Below, one piece after another: positions 1 through 10,512 of a stretch of 28,086 bases of DNA. Every line of letters starts with the position of its first letter. The first letter of the stretch is position 1. Both the position numbers and the translations under genes were made by a program. Source of the DNA: Nematocida ausubeli (lineage: Eukaryota); assembly GCF_000738915.1 (NCBI RefSeq), contig NW_026515637.1:744001-772086 (forward strand). The letters are read 5' to 3'. The notes beneath the pieces are model-generated. The model saw nothing but the letters and a program-made list of their open reading frames with translations, made no database searches and was not told where the DNA came from.

Positions 1-1
1 A

Positions 2-679
2 GAGCCAATTGTTGAAGAAAACTCGCAGCCACTAAGGCATACTCATGTGGATGCTTCAAATGGTGCACCTGCATGGATAAGAACAGAGCCCTCAACAAAA
101 CCTCTTATAATAGCCCATACTGTGCCGTTTTTGATAGTTACTGCTATTCTACTAAGACTATCAATATACTCTACGACTATGGGATTTGGGCTGGTTATAA
201 AATATCTTAAAAATACAGCAGCATTCAATTTATTTAAAGTTAATGCGGGTTTAATCGGATTAATTGGGATTTTTTTAGTCAAAAATACTACTAATATTTT
301 ATTAACAACTGCTAAGGATATATGGAATAGAAAAGCCAAAGGCAGTGCTATCTGCGCTGCAGTGATTGTATTATACACTACTGTGGTGGTTGGGTCTGGC
401 TTATTAGGTCCCCTTACATTAAATGTGCAAGAGTTAGAGGTAAGCTTATACTGGATAGTAATATTTGCTCTTACAACTTGGGCATTTGTTAAATATGATA
501 GGGACCTTAGAGAAGAAATAGAGGAAGAGGAGTATAGTTCGGAAAACTTCAAAAAGGTTGATAGAAGCACCTTCATAGTATGTTTCTGTTGTTTCTCAAC
601 TACTTTAATCACTTTACTTTTCTACGTAATGCATGAAACAATCAAATATGTTGCGCCTGTTAAAGTCAATACGTTATAA
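2..679 (+). CDS. 5'-partial multi-pass membrane protein, unknown function
   Basis: The frame is open from base 2 (EPIVEENSQPLRHTHVDASNG...), so the GTG at 47 is not the start. About 5 hydrophobic segments (e.g. AICAAVIVLYTTVVVGSGLL, LYWIVIFALTTWAFV, FIVCFCCFSTTLITLLFYVM). Stop at 677-679 with AATAAA immediately after. Confidence 0.75.
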   Translation, partial: EPIVEENSQPLRHTHVDASNGAPAWIRTEPSTKPLIIAHTVPFLIVTAILLRLSIYSTTMGFGLVIKYLKNTAAFNLFKVNAGLIGLIGIFLVKNTTNILLTTAKDIWNRKAKGSAICAAVIVLYTTVVVGSGLLGPLTLNVQELEVSLYWIVIFALTTWAFVKYDRDLREEIEEEEYSSENFKKVDRSTFIVCFCCFSTTLITLLFYVMHETIKYVAPVKVNTL

Positions 680-1095
680 TACAAATAAAGAAGTTTCATT
701 ATATGTTTATTGCAGAAATATAATTGCATCCAACTAACTGAATTTACACATGCATTTTGAAGTGCTTTCGGGTTAAATAGATCTAGAAAATACATAGCCA
801 AAGTATATTATGTCTGTTTATCTAAGTAGACTTATTTAGAAGCTAATATGCGAGGTTAATTAAATAGCCTCTTCAAAAAGATTCTTCCTATGCCTCAAAT
901 TCTAGTCTATTATGAAAAATAGACGAAAAGTAAAGTATATATTAAGCGACCTTAAAAATGCTGTGTGCTATGGAGTTTTTTATTCTATCCCCTATATATC
1001 TATGTGCGCCAGGATAGAAAGTCTTTTCAATAAAATTACACCATGTGCAACTGCTGCAAAAATTAGCATAAATACAAAATAGTTTTATATAGCAT

Positions 1096-1332
1096 ATGAC
1101 TGTGCCCAAAAAGACTGCGCTGAGGTCTCTTCATAATATAGTAGAAGAGCTGTCTGGCATTTTGCACAAAATATCTGAGCAGCAGGAGGTGGACGGAGAA
1201 ATATCTCGATTTGTGCAGTCTGTGGAGGACTTAAAGGGATACTTTGAAGAGATTGACTGCAAAGAGTGTCCTCCTGGACAGGACCTAGGGATTGGATCCC
1301 GTTCAATTCTTTCGCATCTAGAAGACAACTAA
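1096..1332 (+). CDS. Small 78-aa helical protein (weak Mediator Med11-like resemblance)
   Basis: ATG in an AT-rich context. The ORF is more GC-rich than its flanks and encodes two amphipathic helices (LRSLHNIVEELSGILHKIS; ISRFVQSVEDLKGYFEEI). Confidence 0.6.
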   Translation: MTVPKKTALRSLHNIVEELSGILHKISEQQEVDGEISRFVQSVEDLKGYFEEIDCKECPPGQDLGIGSRSILSHLEDN

Positions 1333-2354
1333 GCCCCAAATATCCTATAGAATTCGGGCGTATTCAGAGTATGTGCCCATTAATGGTAAAGAGAACAGAG
1401 TACTGAACACATTTTAGATTCTTTAAATCAGGCAGCATTGGAGTATGCTTATTTCTATTGACAAAGAAACTCGCTGTCCTGCAGAAGAGTAGAACTCGCA
1501 CTAGTATTCCAAAATAAATATGAAAAGCAAAACTGTCTGGAATATTTGTGTTTTCCCGTAGCGGGATGGGGTATAGAATAGCATCTGCTGCTCTTAAGTA
1601 GAGCCTTAATTCACTGTCTTTATAGTTTATAAAGGCTTTTGTTTCTTTGTTAACTTGTGCTAAGCATTTGACAATTTAATAAACCAAAGGCACCTTCTAT
1701 ATGACAACTAAGCTGCAATGTAATTATAAATAGAAAAATTATTCACAGTAAGTGGACAAATCTACTGTAAATATACTTGATATCTTAAAGATGTTGGTGT
1801 TAAATTTTAATATTTATTTGAAAGCCTAGCCCCTTTAAATAGCCAGGCCTTTAGTTTAACTTTAATGTTCTATTTAAAAAACACACCAATTAATTTATGA
1901 CAGGTTATGCCAACAAACATTACTATTTTGTTGTTATTGCTGCCAAGTAACACATATTTTGTCCAATGCCACACAGAGTATACAACAGGTATAAACAACT
2001 TGCAGAGAAGAAAGGGCTCTATTGCGCATAGTGTGTGGCTATTTTTCTGCGCTTTCTTATATTAATACATATAACCCAAATATAATCCGAATCTTTTCTG
2101 CATGCAGGATAGTAGAGGAAGAGAATAATTGGTCCATGCGCATGGAGAAATAAATCATTTATTAGATAGGAGCTGGGGGTAATTTCCATGAAAAAGTTTA
2201 AAATACCCCCTCTTCTCAGATAATTATTGGTAGATCATCTTTTTATTGCAGAAAAAGCAGAGATAAAAGATTTATTGGTTTGGGGCATAAAAGATTTTAT
2301 TTGACATCAAAAGCCAAAAATTATCTATATAATGGAGAAGAATTCAAGAAGTAA

Positions 2355-4226
2355 ATGAACAAGAAAAGAATAATTGTGCTATCAATAATAGTAAGCTCTC
2401 TCTTGTGTGCTCTAGTTGTTGGGATTATTTTTACAATTAAAAAAAGGCAGAGCTTAAAAGCTTCTACAGAAAAACCATCCAGTATTCTAGCCAAAGCAAT
2501 TAAAGAAACCAAAAACCTGCAAGAACCAGAAAAGCTTAAGAAAGGGACAGAACAAGAAAAACTTTCAGAGGCTGCATGCAAGAAAATATTCTCTTTAAGT
2601 CTGGATCCAGAGAACAGCCTGTATGAGTTCACGTATCCGAGCTGCCAATCATTGCAGTACATAAACAAAAATCTATCTTCTAAAAGCAATTCTCCACCGG
2701 AAACAGAAATTAAAACCCCCAAGGTAGCAGAGGGAATTAAGAGTAGAATAGATTTGCTAAACAAAGCAGCTAAAAACAGCAGTGTCTCTGAAGAAAAAAA
2801 CACTGAAAGTGATTTAACTAAAAGAAGAAACAAAGATATAGTTATTGGCAGGAAGGAGACAATGCTCTACTTAGTCAGAATTAATCAGCTCTACAAGAAC
2901 TTGGATTTGGTTGACAGGCCTGCGCAGAGTGAGACAGAACTAGAAAAAGCACTGACTTATTTTAGCACTAAGAAAAACTATGCTGACATAAACATAAGCA
3001 AAAAAAGCAAGTCCTTCCTCAGATTTATTGCAAACACAATGCTTTTTTTGACTCGGATTCAAGCGCCCTTGGGAAACTGCATTGTTTCTGAAATTGATAT
3101 GACAAACAAAGTGGTGTCTGTAGTGATAGATGTTGAAAGCATTAAGAAGATGGTAAAAGACAAGAAAAGCTTAATGGATATAGAGCGAACTGTGAGATCA
3201 ACTCTAGAAAAGAATTTGAAAAGCAAAGACAAGGCTGGAGAAAAGAACGCAATAGTAGATGCATACAAAAAAAGCCTTGAGGAGACTGTTAATGAGCTAA
3301 TCCGCATATTTGATGAAATGCTTTTATTAATTGATACTGAGCACACTGTTACCACCCCAATAGAAAAAGCACCCAACTCTGAAAAGTCTCCTGCCACTGC
3401 ATCTCAAGAAATTGCGAATTTTTCTACTAATGGACCGCTAGTGCTTAAGCCTGTGAAAACCAGCAGCAAAAAAAATGTTGTAGACCTATGCGATGAAACT
3501 AAAACAGAGCTAAAGAACACCCCCGTTGCAACTATTGAGAGATGGTTTGTTGAGTACGATTTAGCAAAAGATGATAAAAAAGAAAAGAGAAAAGTTATCA
3601 TGAAGATGCTATTTCAGAAAATGCCGCTTGACTCAAGCACCCTTGCCATTGAAGGAGCAACAAAGAAAAATGAAGCTGTGTCTGCCCAGGCATTAGAAAA
3701 GAAGGTCTCTGAAGAAGAGGAGAAAAACTGCATTTACTTTATTGACATAGACAAGATTGGCGATCTGTCAATCTGTATACTAAAGGCAATGGAAGAAAAC
3801 TTCATTAAAATAAGAGATAATGAAAAAGGATCTCTAGACAGAAAAGTATACACGTTTTTCAGATCAGTTCGGTATGCTATGACCCGCAGCACATTCACCA
3901 GCATTAACCAGCAAAATGTTTTATCTATAAACAGATCAAAAGCAGAGATCCAATACTTTGTAGGATATTTATTTATACTCAACCAGAACAATCCAAGCAT
4001 TTTTACAGAGACGCTTACTAACTTCATCGTAGTTAACAAGTTCATTGAGAAAAAACAATATAGGAAAGAGGAGGATTCATCATCAGGGGATAAAGGCAAA
4101 CTGAGCTGGTATTTGACAGGCAAATCGAGCAGCACATCTAATACTATCTCTGTTGCATCCTATGACACTTTAGCCAGTCATAATATTAAAGAAGCATATG
4201 AAAAGCATATGGAAGAGACAGCATAA
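2355..4226 (+). CDS. 623-aa Lys/Glu/Ser-rich protein with an N-terminal signal anchor; candidate host-exposed or membrane-tethered protein
   Basis: Long ORF. N-terminus MNKKR-IIVLSIIVSSLLCALVVGIIFTI-KKRQ is a single hydrophobic helix flanked by basic residues. No recognisable enzyme motif. AATAAA follows the stop. Confidence 0.85.
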   Translation: MNKKRIIVLSIIVSSLLCALVVGIIFTIKKRQSLKASTEKPSSILAKAIKETKNLQEPEKLKKGTEQEKLSEAACKKIFSLSLDPENSLYEFTYPSCQSLQYINKNLSSKSNSPPETEIKTPKVAEGIKSRIDLLNKAAKNSSVSEEKNTESDLTKRRNKDIVIGRKETMLYLVRINQLYKNLDLVDRPAQSETELEKALTYFSTKKNYADINISKKSKSFLRFIANTMLFLTRIQAPLGNCIVSEIDMTNKVVSVVIDVESIKKMVKDKKSLMDIERTVRSTLEKNLKSKDKAGEKNAIVDAYKKSLEETVNELIRIFDEMLLLIDTEHTVTTPIEKAPNSEKSPATASQEIANFSTNGPLVLKPVKTSSKKNVVDLCDETKTELKNTPVATIERWFVEYDLAKDDKKEKRKVIMKMLFQKMPLDSSTLAIEGATKKNEAVSAQALEKKVSEEEEKNCIYFIDIDKIGDLSICILKAMEENFIKIRDNEKGSLDRKVYTFFRSVRYAMTRSTFTSINQQNVLSINRSKAEIQYFVGYLFILNQNNPSIFTETLTNFIVVNKFIEKKQYRKEEDSSSGDKGKLSWYLTGKSSSTSNTISVASYDTLASHNIKEAYEKHMEETA

Positions 4227-4564
4227 AGCTTGACCTGTGCGATAAAAGGCTCTATCTTTGATAATAAATAAAACATCTATGGTTATTTTTCTTTGCAAAG
4301 AAAGCTAGCTAAACTACTTGAGTTTGGGCAGTGCTTTCCTTGCAGTATATGCAGACTATTCAATTTTATAGTTCATCTGTCATACTGAAGCGTGTGCGCA
4401 CGCAATTATGCGTTTCTTGCGCACTGCAGCTGCATGGCTAAATGGTACTGTGTCTGTGTGTGGATGTGTGTAGGTATTTGTGTGGAAAATAAGGAGTTTT
4501 GTTCTGTATTTTTCTTCAATTTGGGCAGTCTGTTTCTTTTGTGTTTAAACTATACAAAAAATAA

Positions 4565-4569
4565 AAATT
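4565..4569 (+). promoter_or_regulatory. AAATT-type initiation signal upstream of the V-ATPase D ATG (representative of several genes here)
   Basis: AAAAATTGTT-ATG at 4573. Similar AAATT(T) within ~15 nt of the ATGs at 5475, 8728, 10513 and 23387(-). AAATTT-like signals are described for microsporidian genes. Confidence 0.5.
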
Positions 4570-4572
4570 GTT

Positions 4573-5202
4573 ATGGGCGCAGGCGAACAAAGACTTGCTG
4601 TTTTTCCAACACGGATGTCACTGGGACAGCTCCAAGGACGTGTACAGGGGGCTGAGAAGGGGAAGAGCCTTATTAAGCGAAGAGGAGACGCGCTGCAGAT
4701 GAAGCACCGAGAGGTGGCTGCAAAGCTCCTGCAGAAGAAATGCGAGCTGGAGAAAGAAATAGAAAATGCATACTTTTTCCTCTCGCGCACCGAGTTCTAT
4801 GGCGGGGACATGCGGCTGGCACAGCAGCAGGCTAAGTCAGCACCTCTTTCTGTTCAGATCGATCTAGAGGGCCTGGCTGGGCTTATTATTCCCACTTACA
4901 GAATACCAGAGACAATAATGCCAATGGTATTTATGGGAACCTCTGGAAAGCTTATCAGCGACACACGCGCGCAATTCATCCGGTGTTTGTCCTTGATGGT
5001 GGAGATGGCCAGTCTGCAGGTGTCGTTTGATATGATAGACCAAATGGTGCAGGCCACAAACAGAAGGGTCAATGCACTGGAGCATGTGCTTATCCCAAAG
5101 CTGGAAAACACAATTTTGTACATTCAGTCTGAGCTGGATGAGCAGGACAGAGAAGAGTTTTTCCGGCTAAAAAAAGTACAAACAAAAAGGCACGACGCAT
5201 AA
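4573..5202 (+). CDS. VMA8: V-type H+-ATPase V1 subunit D
   Basis: Diagnostic motifs VFPTRMSL...GAEKGKSLIKRRGDAL, LMVEMASLQVSF, TNRRVNALEHVLIPKLENTILYIQSELDEQDREEFFRLKKVQ. Confidence 0.97.
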   Translation: MGAGEQRLAVFPTRMSLGQLQGRVQGAEKGKSLIKRRGDALQMKHREVAAKLLQKKCELEKEIENAYFFLSRTEFYGGDMRLAQQQAKSAPLSVQIDLEGLAGLIIPTYRIPETIMPMVFMGTSGKLISDTRAQFIRCLSLMVEMASLQVSFDMIDQMVQATNRRVNALEHVLIPKLENTILYIQSELDEQDREEFFRLKKVQTKRHDA

Positions 5203-5474
5203 AGAACTCGGGGCTATCGGCGAGTTTGTGTGCAGCATGCAGCAAGTCTGTTTATCCCGGCTGAAAATAACATATCTGGTTTGTTGCTGTTCTTTAGTGT
5301 AATGCATGCAGACCGAGGCATACGGTAGATCACTTTCAATTAGTTGCATAGGGATATTGAATAAATTATTCTAGGAGCTTGTTTGGCCTGCTTTGTTTGT
5401 GATCTGTCTGCACTGTGCGTGTGCATGGTATTAATACAATATCAAGAGTTTGTTTTCTCCAAATTATTTTTATA

Positions 5475-8045
5475 ATGCCAGAGCCCAAGAAAGGAACCGA
5501 TCACATGCTGCAGTATACGCTGAGCAACCTCAACAACTGCATAGACGATGATTCTAGCAGCGGCAATATCGAATGCATCGGGGTGCAAGACTCCATGCAG
5601 GCAAGCACTGTTTTAGAAGAGAGCACTGTGCAACAAACGCACGATTTGACAACCGAAAACACATTTGAAAATGAAAGTGCTAGAAACGCACGGGAAATCT
5701 ACCAAATGCAAGCAAAAGACCGCTCTGAAAGAAATGACATGGGCGGTAGCAATACTCTATCGCCTGAGAAGGTGAACAGTGCAGGGATATGTGACTGGAG
5801 AGAGTATGCGGATGAGCATGCCGAAAGAAAAATAACAGAACTCAGCCATGCCGTGTGTGAGGCCATGGATAAAAGCATGCTTGTGGTATACAAGCTTCTT
5901 GAGCAGAGAAAGCAGCTAATAGAAGCTGTAATGAAAAAAGCGCGCGCGCCTAAACCACAGATAGAGACAGGCAGTGCCGTACATGAAAGTGACAGATTCA
6001 TGGGTTCTGCGGCAGCAGACACTAGCATTATACTAAGCATGCCTTTTACTGCAGACAAGCATGTTTATTCGCAGTCTATGATGCCAAATCCACCATATAA
6101 AGAAACACCCCACAGAGACATCTATTCTGACAGCAGATTCACAAACCCAATTGAAATGGATAGTAGCATGGCAGATATAGAAAGAGATGTGCAGAGTGTT
6201 TTGCGAATAAAAGAGGCCCCGCAGGAAAACATATATACTGCTGCATCCAGCATACACGGCATGTCCAGAATTCCGATGGAAAGCCTGCAGAAAAGCACGC
6301 TGCATGGTGAGATAAAGAGCGCCTCTGACCAAGCAGCATCAAGCAAAGAAGAGTACGTGCAGAATGTGGAAGAGTTTGGAAGTCGTGATATTACATTCCA
6401 GCAGATGCAGGCATATGCGTGTCTTAGAAAGGTGTTCAATCTCTATGACTTTAGGCACAACCAGCTGCAGATTATCAGCTCAGTGCTTGAAGGGAGAGAC
6501 GTGTTTGTACTGATGCCCACGGGGGGAGGAAAGTCTTTAACGTTCCAGCTTCCTGCAATTATTTCGCCGGGTGTAACTGTTGTTGTGAGCCCTCTGCTTG
6601 CTCTCATTCAGGACCAGATAAAAAACCTTCTTGTCCGAGGCATTCCTGCAGTGGCCATCAATTCTTCGCTTACTAAAGGCGAAAGGGAAACGGCATATAA
6701 CATGATTATGCTTACCGGGCTAGAGAAGGATAAGCACCTTCCTGCAAAAGACCGCATGCCTGTTACCCGAATTGTATATGCAACTCCAGAGCTTCTTGTG
6801 GAAAGCAGAACTTTTAATCGCACGCTGGAGACTCTGATGCGCACAAATCGCCTAACAAGATTTGTGGTTGACGAGGCACACTGTGTTTCGCAGTGGGGAC
6901 ATGACTTTCGGCCAGACTACACACAGCTCTTTCTTCTTAAAGAACGGTATCCTTCCGTGCCGATCACTGCACTGACTGCAACAGCAACCGCCGCAGTAAA
7001 AAAAGACGTGACAGATGCGCTGCGCCTAAAAAACTGCAAGATATTTTCGCAGAGCTTCAACCGCCCAAATCTGAAATATCTGGTGGTTCCAAAAAACAAA
7101 AATGTAATATCAGACATGGTGAGCTTTATAGAGACGTACTTCCCTGCTGACTCTGGAATTATATACTGTCTCTCTAAGCGAGACTGCGAGTGGCTTGCTG
7201 AGGTTCTTCACAAGGAGCACAACATCCCTGCAGGATATTACCACGCAGGCCTGTCCACAAAGGAAAGAACAGAGAGAGCGCGCAGCTGGGACTCCTCAAA
7301 AATTCGGGTTATTGTGGCTACCATTGCATTTGGAATGGGTATAGATAAGAAGGATGTTCGCTATGTGATACACTACTCGCTGCCCAAGTCGCTGGAGGGA
7401 TACTATCAAGAGACTGGGCGCGCGGGAAGAGACCAAATGAACTCTGTCTGTATTCTTTACTATACATACAGCGATAAAAAGAAAATTGAGTTCATGATCG
7501 ACAAAAACGAAGGGTCTTCCGCAGAGGCAAAATCTCGCCAGAGAAGACATTTGCAGGAGGTTATATCGTACTGTGAGAATAAGGCGGAGTGCCGGCGGTA
7601 CCTGCTTCTTCACTACTTTGGGGAGACATTCAACAAGTTCTGCACTAATGGGTGCGATAACTGCGAGAGATCAGGATCTGTGCAGCAAATAAACTGCCTA
7701 GACGAGGCCCATCAAATAATAAAGATTGTGCAAAAAGAAAAGCTCATTACAGAGGGGCAGCTTGTGACAGAGATGCGCCTGTGCTCAAAGAAAACAAAGG
7801 ATATGCTTTCAAGAATAGTTAGATGGCTAGTTGGAAAAGGGCACCTGGAAACAAAGCTTGTCATGGGCGCACGCGGGTTTTCCTGGAGCTATCTAAAGCC
7901 AGGGCAGGGCATTCCTAAAGAGGTGCTCATCAGTATGCACACTGAGGAAAGCAAGCCCCGAGCCCGGCCCAAGATGATTAAAAATACCGCAAGCTCTTCA
8001 AAGTACTACGAGACTTTTGATGGTATGCATGATCTTGATATATAG
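5475..8045 (+). CDS. SGS1: RecQ-family DNA helicase (Sgs1/BLM-like)
   Basis: Motifs FRHNQLQII, LMPTGGGKSLTFQLPA, VVDEAHCVSQWGHDFRPDY, ALTATAT, SFNRPNL, VATIAFGMGIDKKDVR, YYQETGRAGRD and the RQC Zn motif CRR..LLHYFGE...C..GCDNC. Start moved from GTG 5415 to ATG 5475, which follows AAATT. No HRDC domain apparent. Confidence 0.95.
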   Translation: MPEPKKGTDHMLQYTLSNLNNCIDDDSSSGNIECIGVQDSMQASTVLEESTVQQTHDLTTENTFENESARNAREIYQMQAKDRSERNDMGGSNTLSPEKVNSAGICDWREYADEHAERKITELSHAVCEAMDKSMLVVYKLLEQRKQLIEAVMKKARAPKPQIETGSAVHESDRFMGSAAADTSIILSMPFTADKHVYSQSMMPNPPYKETPHRDIYSDSRFTNPIEMDSSMADIERDVQSVLRIKEAPQENIYTAASSIHGMSRIPMESLQKSTLHGEIKSASDQAASSKEEYVQNVEEFGSRDITFQQMQAYACLRKVFNLYDFRHNQLQIISSVLEGRDVFVLMPTGGGKSLTFQLPAIISPGVTVVVSPLLALIQDQIKNLLVRGIPAVAINSSLTKGERETAYNMIMLTGLEKDKHLPAKDRMPVTRIVYATPELLVESRTFNRTLETLMRTNRLTRFVVDEAHCVSQWGHDFRPDYTQLFLLKERYPSVPITALTATATAAVKKDVTDALRLKNCKIFSQSFNRPNLKYLVVPKNKNVISDMVSFIETYFPADSGIIYCLSKRDCEWLAEVLHKEHNIPAGYYHAGLSTKERTERARSWDSSKIRVIVATIAFGMGIDKKDVRYVIHYSLPKSLEGYYQETGRAGRDQMNSVCILYYTYSDKKKIEFMIDKNEGSSAEAKSRQRRHLQEVISYCENKAECRRYLLLHYFGETFNKFCTNGCDNCERSGSVQQINCLDEAHQIIKIVQKEKLITEGQLVTEMRLCSKKTKDMLSRIVRWLVGKGHLETKLVMGARGFSWSYLKPGQGIPKEVLISMHTEESKPRARPKMIKNTASSSKYYETFDGMHDLDI

Positions 8046-8727
8046 AGATGGATATTTTCTTCGTCCGCATTTTCCTTTTCTAGATAAAAAAGCTTAAAAA
8101 TCTTAGATAAATCGTAGATAAGTGTATGGCTATTTCTTTGCTGATTTTATTCTTTGGATTTGTATATTACTTTCTATACGTATAGATAGTAAGCGTGAAT
8201 ATTTAACTATAGCCGAGACAATACGAATAAAGTACTCCCTAGTATTGTAAAAGATCTTCGGGTTATATATATTAAAAACGTCTGTTGAATTAGAATAAAA
8301 ATATAGCTCTAAACCAGCCTGATCTATCTTACTCATATAGCCTTACTAAGATTTCTGTATATAGAGAAAAAAGGCCTTCTTTTCTAATCTGTAATAAATA
8401 AAACCATGCAGAAGGGTTTATGCAGAAATATTGTACCTCCTTCTGAATTACAACAATCCCAATATTCCAAAACAAAAAAGAGCTAACATATATGCCCGCT
8501 GTATAAATTCAAAGCATGCCCTCATCAAATCACTAAATCGATCTTTTACTCAAACCACACCCCTCCCTACCCTTTCTATTGCTCATTAGTGCAAATCCGC
8601 GATTTGTTTCTTCCTGTGCGAACAAAAATATTTTGTACAGATTTTGCCTCCGTATGCCTTTGTTTGCTCCTTGATGAGAAGTAGAGCCACTGTACAGAAA
8701 AACAGGAGAAGTAAAAAATTTTAAGTT

Positions 8728-10076
8728 ATGGTTTACAATGCAGAGCAGGGAAAGCTGCCCGAATACACGCGCGCTTTTGCGCGAAAAGCAAAGTCACTCC
8801 TTTATAAATGTCCTGTTGTTTTCTTTGGCGCAGTTCTTTATCTTATGTATGTGATGACAGTTGGTGAGAAGATGTTCTCGTGCACTGGGTCCTTCCCGGG
8901 CGCTGAGGTGCACACTGCCAGCGCTATTTTATTTGTGGCAGCTTCCTGCGTTTCCCAAGTTTTATTCTTTGCTCTCTCTTCATACACGTCGGGGGTTATA
9001 TCCTCGCCGATCTCTGAGTCGTTCAGGTACGTGCAGAGCATGCACGAGTCTCTTGCCGCTGGTCTGCCGGTAGAAAGGGTCTTCACAAACCTTTTTGTGT
9101 GTCTTGCTCTCTCTGCGCTTCTTACAAGCGCTGGGTTCTTTCTGATGTACATTCTTCGCGCTGAGCGCATGATCAACAGGATACCCTCTGGGCTGTCCAT
9201 GGCGCTCTTCATTTCCATAGGGTTTCTGTGTGTGTCGTATGCAAACGAGCGGGTGTGTGCTGTCTCCAGCGCAGCAGGAGTGTACTGGCAGGCTGTTTTG
9301 GCGTTCAATGCAGTTGGCGTTGCTGTCACTCTCCTGTGCAAGGTGTGCAAGAAAAGGTGCCCTGCTGTGGCACGGTACAGTGTGCTTTGGGCTGGTGTTT
9401 TGCTCACCGCTGTGTTCTATGTATGGGCACTCATAAAGGGGGAGACAACAGCCTCTCTCCTTAAAAAGGGATGGCTGGCAAGTGACCCGCGCAAGGAGGT
9501 GGTTCTGGCTGTGCCGCGCATGGCTCTCCCCCACATAGACCTTCGCGCAGTGCTTTGGGAGATTCCGTCAATTGGGAAGATTGCTGCAATGAACCTCATG
9601 CAGTTTCCAATAAACTTTCCCCCAGCAAAGGCGCAGACCGGCAAAAGTGCGCGNNNNNNNNNNNNNNNNNNNNNNNNNNNNNNNNNNNNNNNNNNNNNNN
9701 NNNNNNNNNNNNNNNNNNNNNNNNNNNNNNNNNNNNNNNNNNNNNNNNNNNNNNNNNNNNNNNNNNNNNNNNNNNNNNNNNNNNNNNNNNNNNNNNNNNN
9801 NNNNNNNNNNNNNNNNNNNNNNNNNNNNNNNNNNNNNNNNNNNNNNNNNNNNNNNNNNNNNNNNNNNNNNNNNNNNNNNNNNNNNNNNNNNNNNNNNNNN
9901 NNNNNNNNNNNNNNNNNNNNNNNNNNNNNNNNNNNNNNNNNNNNNNNNNNNNNNNNNNNNNNNNNNNNGCCACAGGAAGCGTGCTGTGCGGTGCTGCTAT
10001 GGGCGCACTTCTGTACGCGGGGAAGTATATGTATACACAGCACAGCAGAGTGTGCTTCTCCCCTTGCGAGGTGTAA
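8728..10076 (+). CDS. SLC26/SulP-family transporter, Vsb1(YGR125W)-like transmembrane core; interrupted by an assembly gap
   Basis: CPVVFFGAVLYLMYVMTVGEKMF, ASCVSQVLFFALSSYTSGVISSPISE and LALSALLTSAGFFLMYILRAERMINRIPSGLSMALFISIGF parallel the recalled yeast Vsb1 segments ([88 protein letters not shown]). After the gap, the frame ATGSVLCGAAMGALLYAGKYMY...EV* (stop 10074-10076) looks like the last TM helix. The gap length is an estimate, so the frame across it is uncertain. Confidence 0.75.
9654..9968. other. Assembly gap (315 N)
   Basis: Run of N inside the transporter gene. Confidence 1.
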
Positions 10077-10512
10077 ACAGCACAGACAACATGGTATAAA
10101 GGATAGACAGCATATCCACAGAGCAATAGGTGTGTGAGCGCATGGCTTGCAGTGGTAAAAGTGACTGCAGAGAGTATTCAGACGGCGGCTTAACCCGAAA
10201 ACATCGCTGATTTACATCTCTGTATAGTGTGAAAATAAGGCACTTCAATGCACATGCGTACATACACTACTCTGCCATAAACAACCCACTCATCACATGG
10301 TGTAGAGGAGTAAGAGTATGATAAATAAATTAATTGATAAACTGTCTGCATTATATGTTTGTGTATGCGAATATGTGTGCATAGCAGGGTATGCACCTGC
10401 TGCTTTCCTGCTGCTTCTTATTACAGTTGACTATGGTTATGTATGCGCGCTTTTGGGAAATTTAGTCTATTTGGGCGTGATAATATTTCAGTTGCATGAC
10501 GTGCAAATTTTC

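Noticed and set aside
1907..2065. 52-codon ORF with hydrophobic ends
   Set aside because: Composition matches intergenic DNA, the signal peptide is unconvincing, and the length is within chance expectation.
8130..8336. 68-aa minus-strand ORF between SGS1 and the transporter
   Set aside because: Very AT-rich with no motif or other support. It cannot be excluded.
10148..10225. snRNA/snoRNA-like bits: TGCAGT/ACTGCA hairpin with a CUUUUAC loop (U5-like), ACAGAGAUG...AUCAGC (U6-like), and a 9-nt match to SSU rRNA near CTGA
   Set aside because: The matches are short, mutually incompatible and lack the surrounding U5/U6 structure or a proper box C. An Infernal/Rfam scan would be needed.
10318..10512. 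65-aa hydrophobic N-terminal extension of SPB4
   Set aside because: AT-rich, unlike the gene body. ATG 10513 has the AAATTT context and the normal distance to the Q motif.
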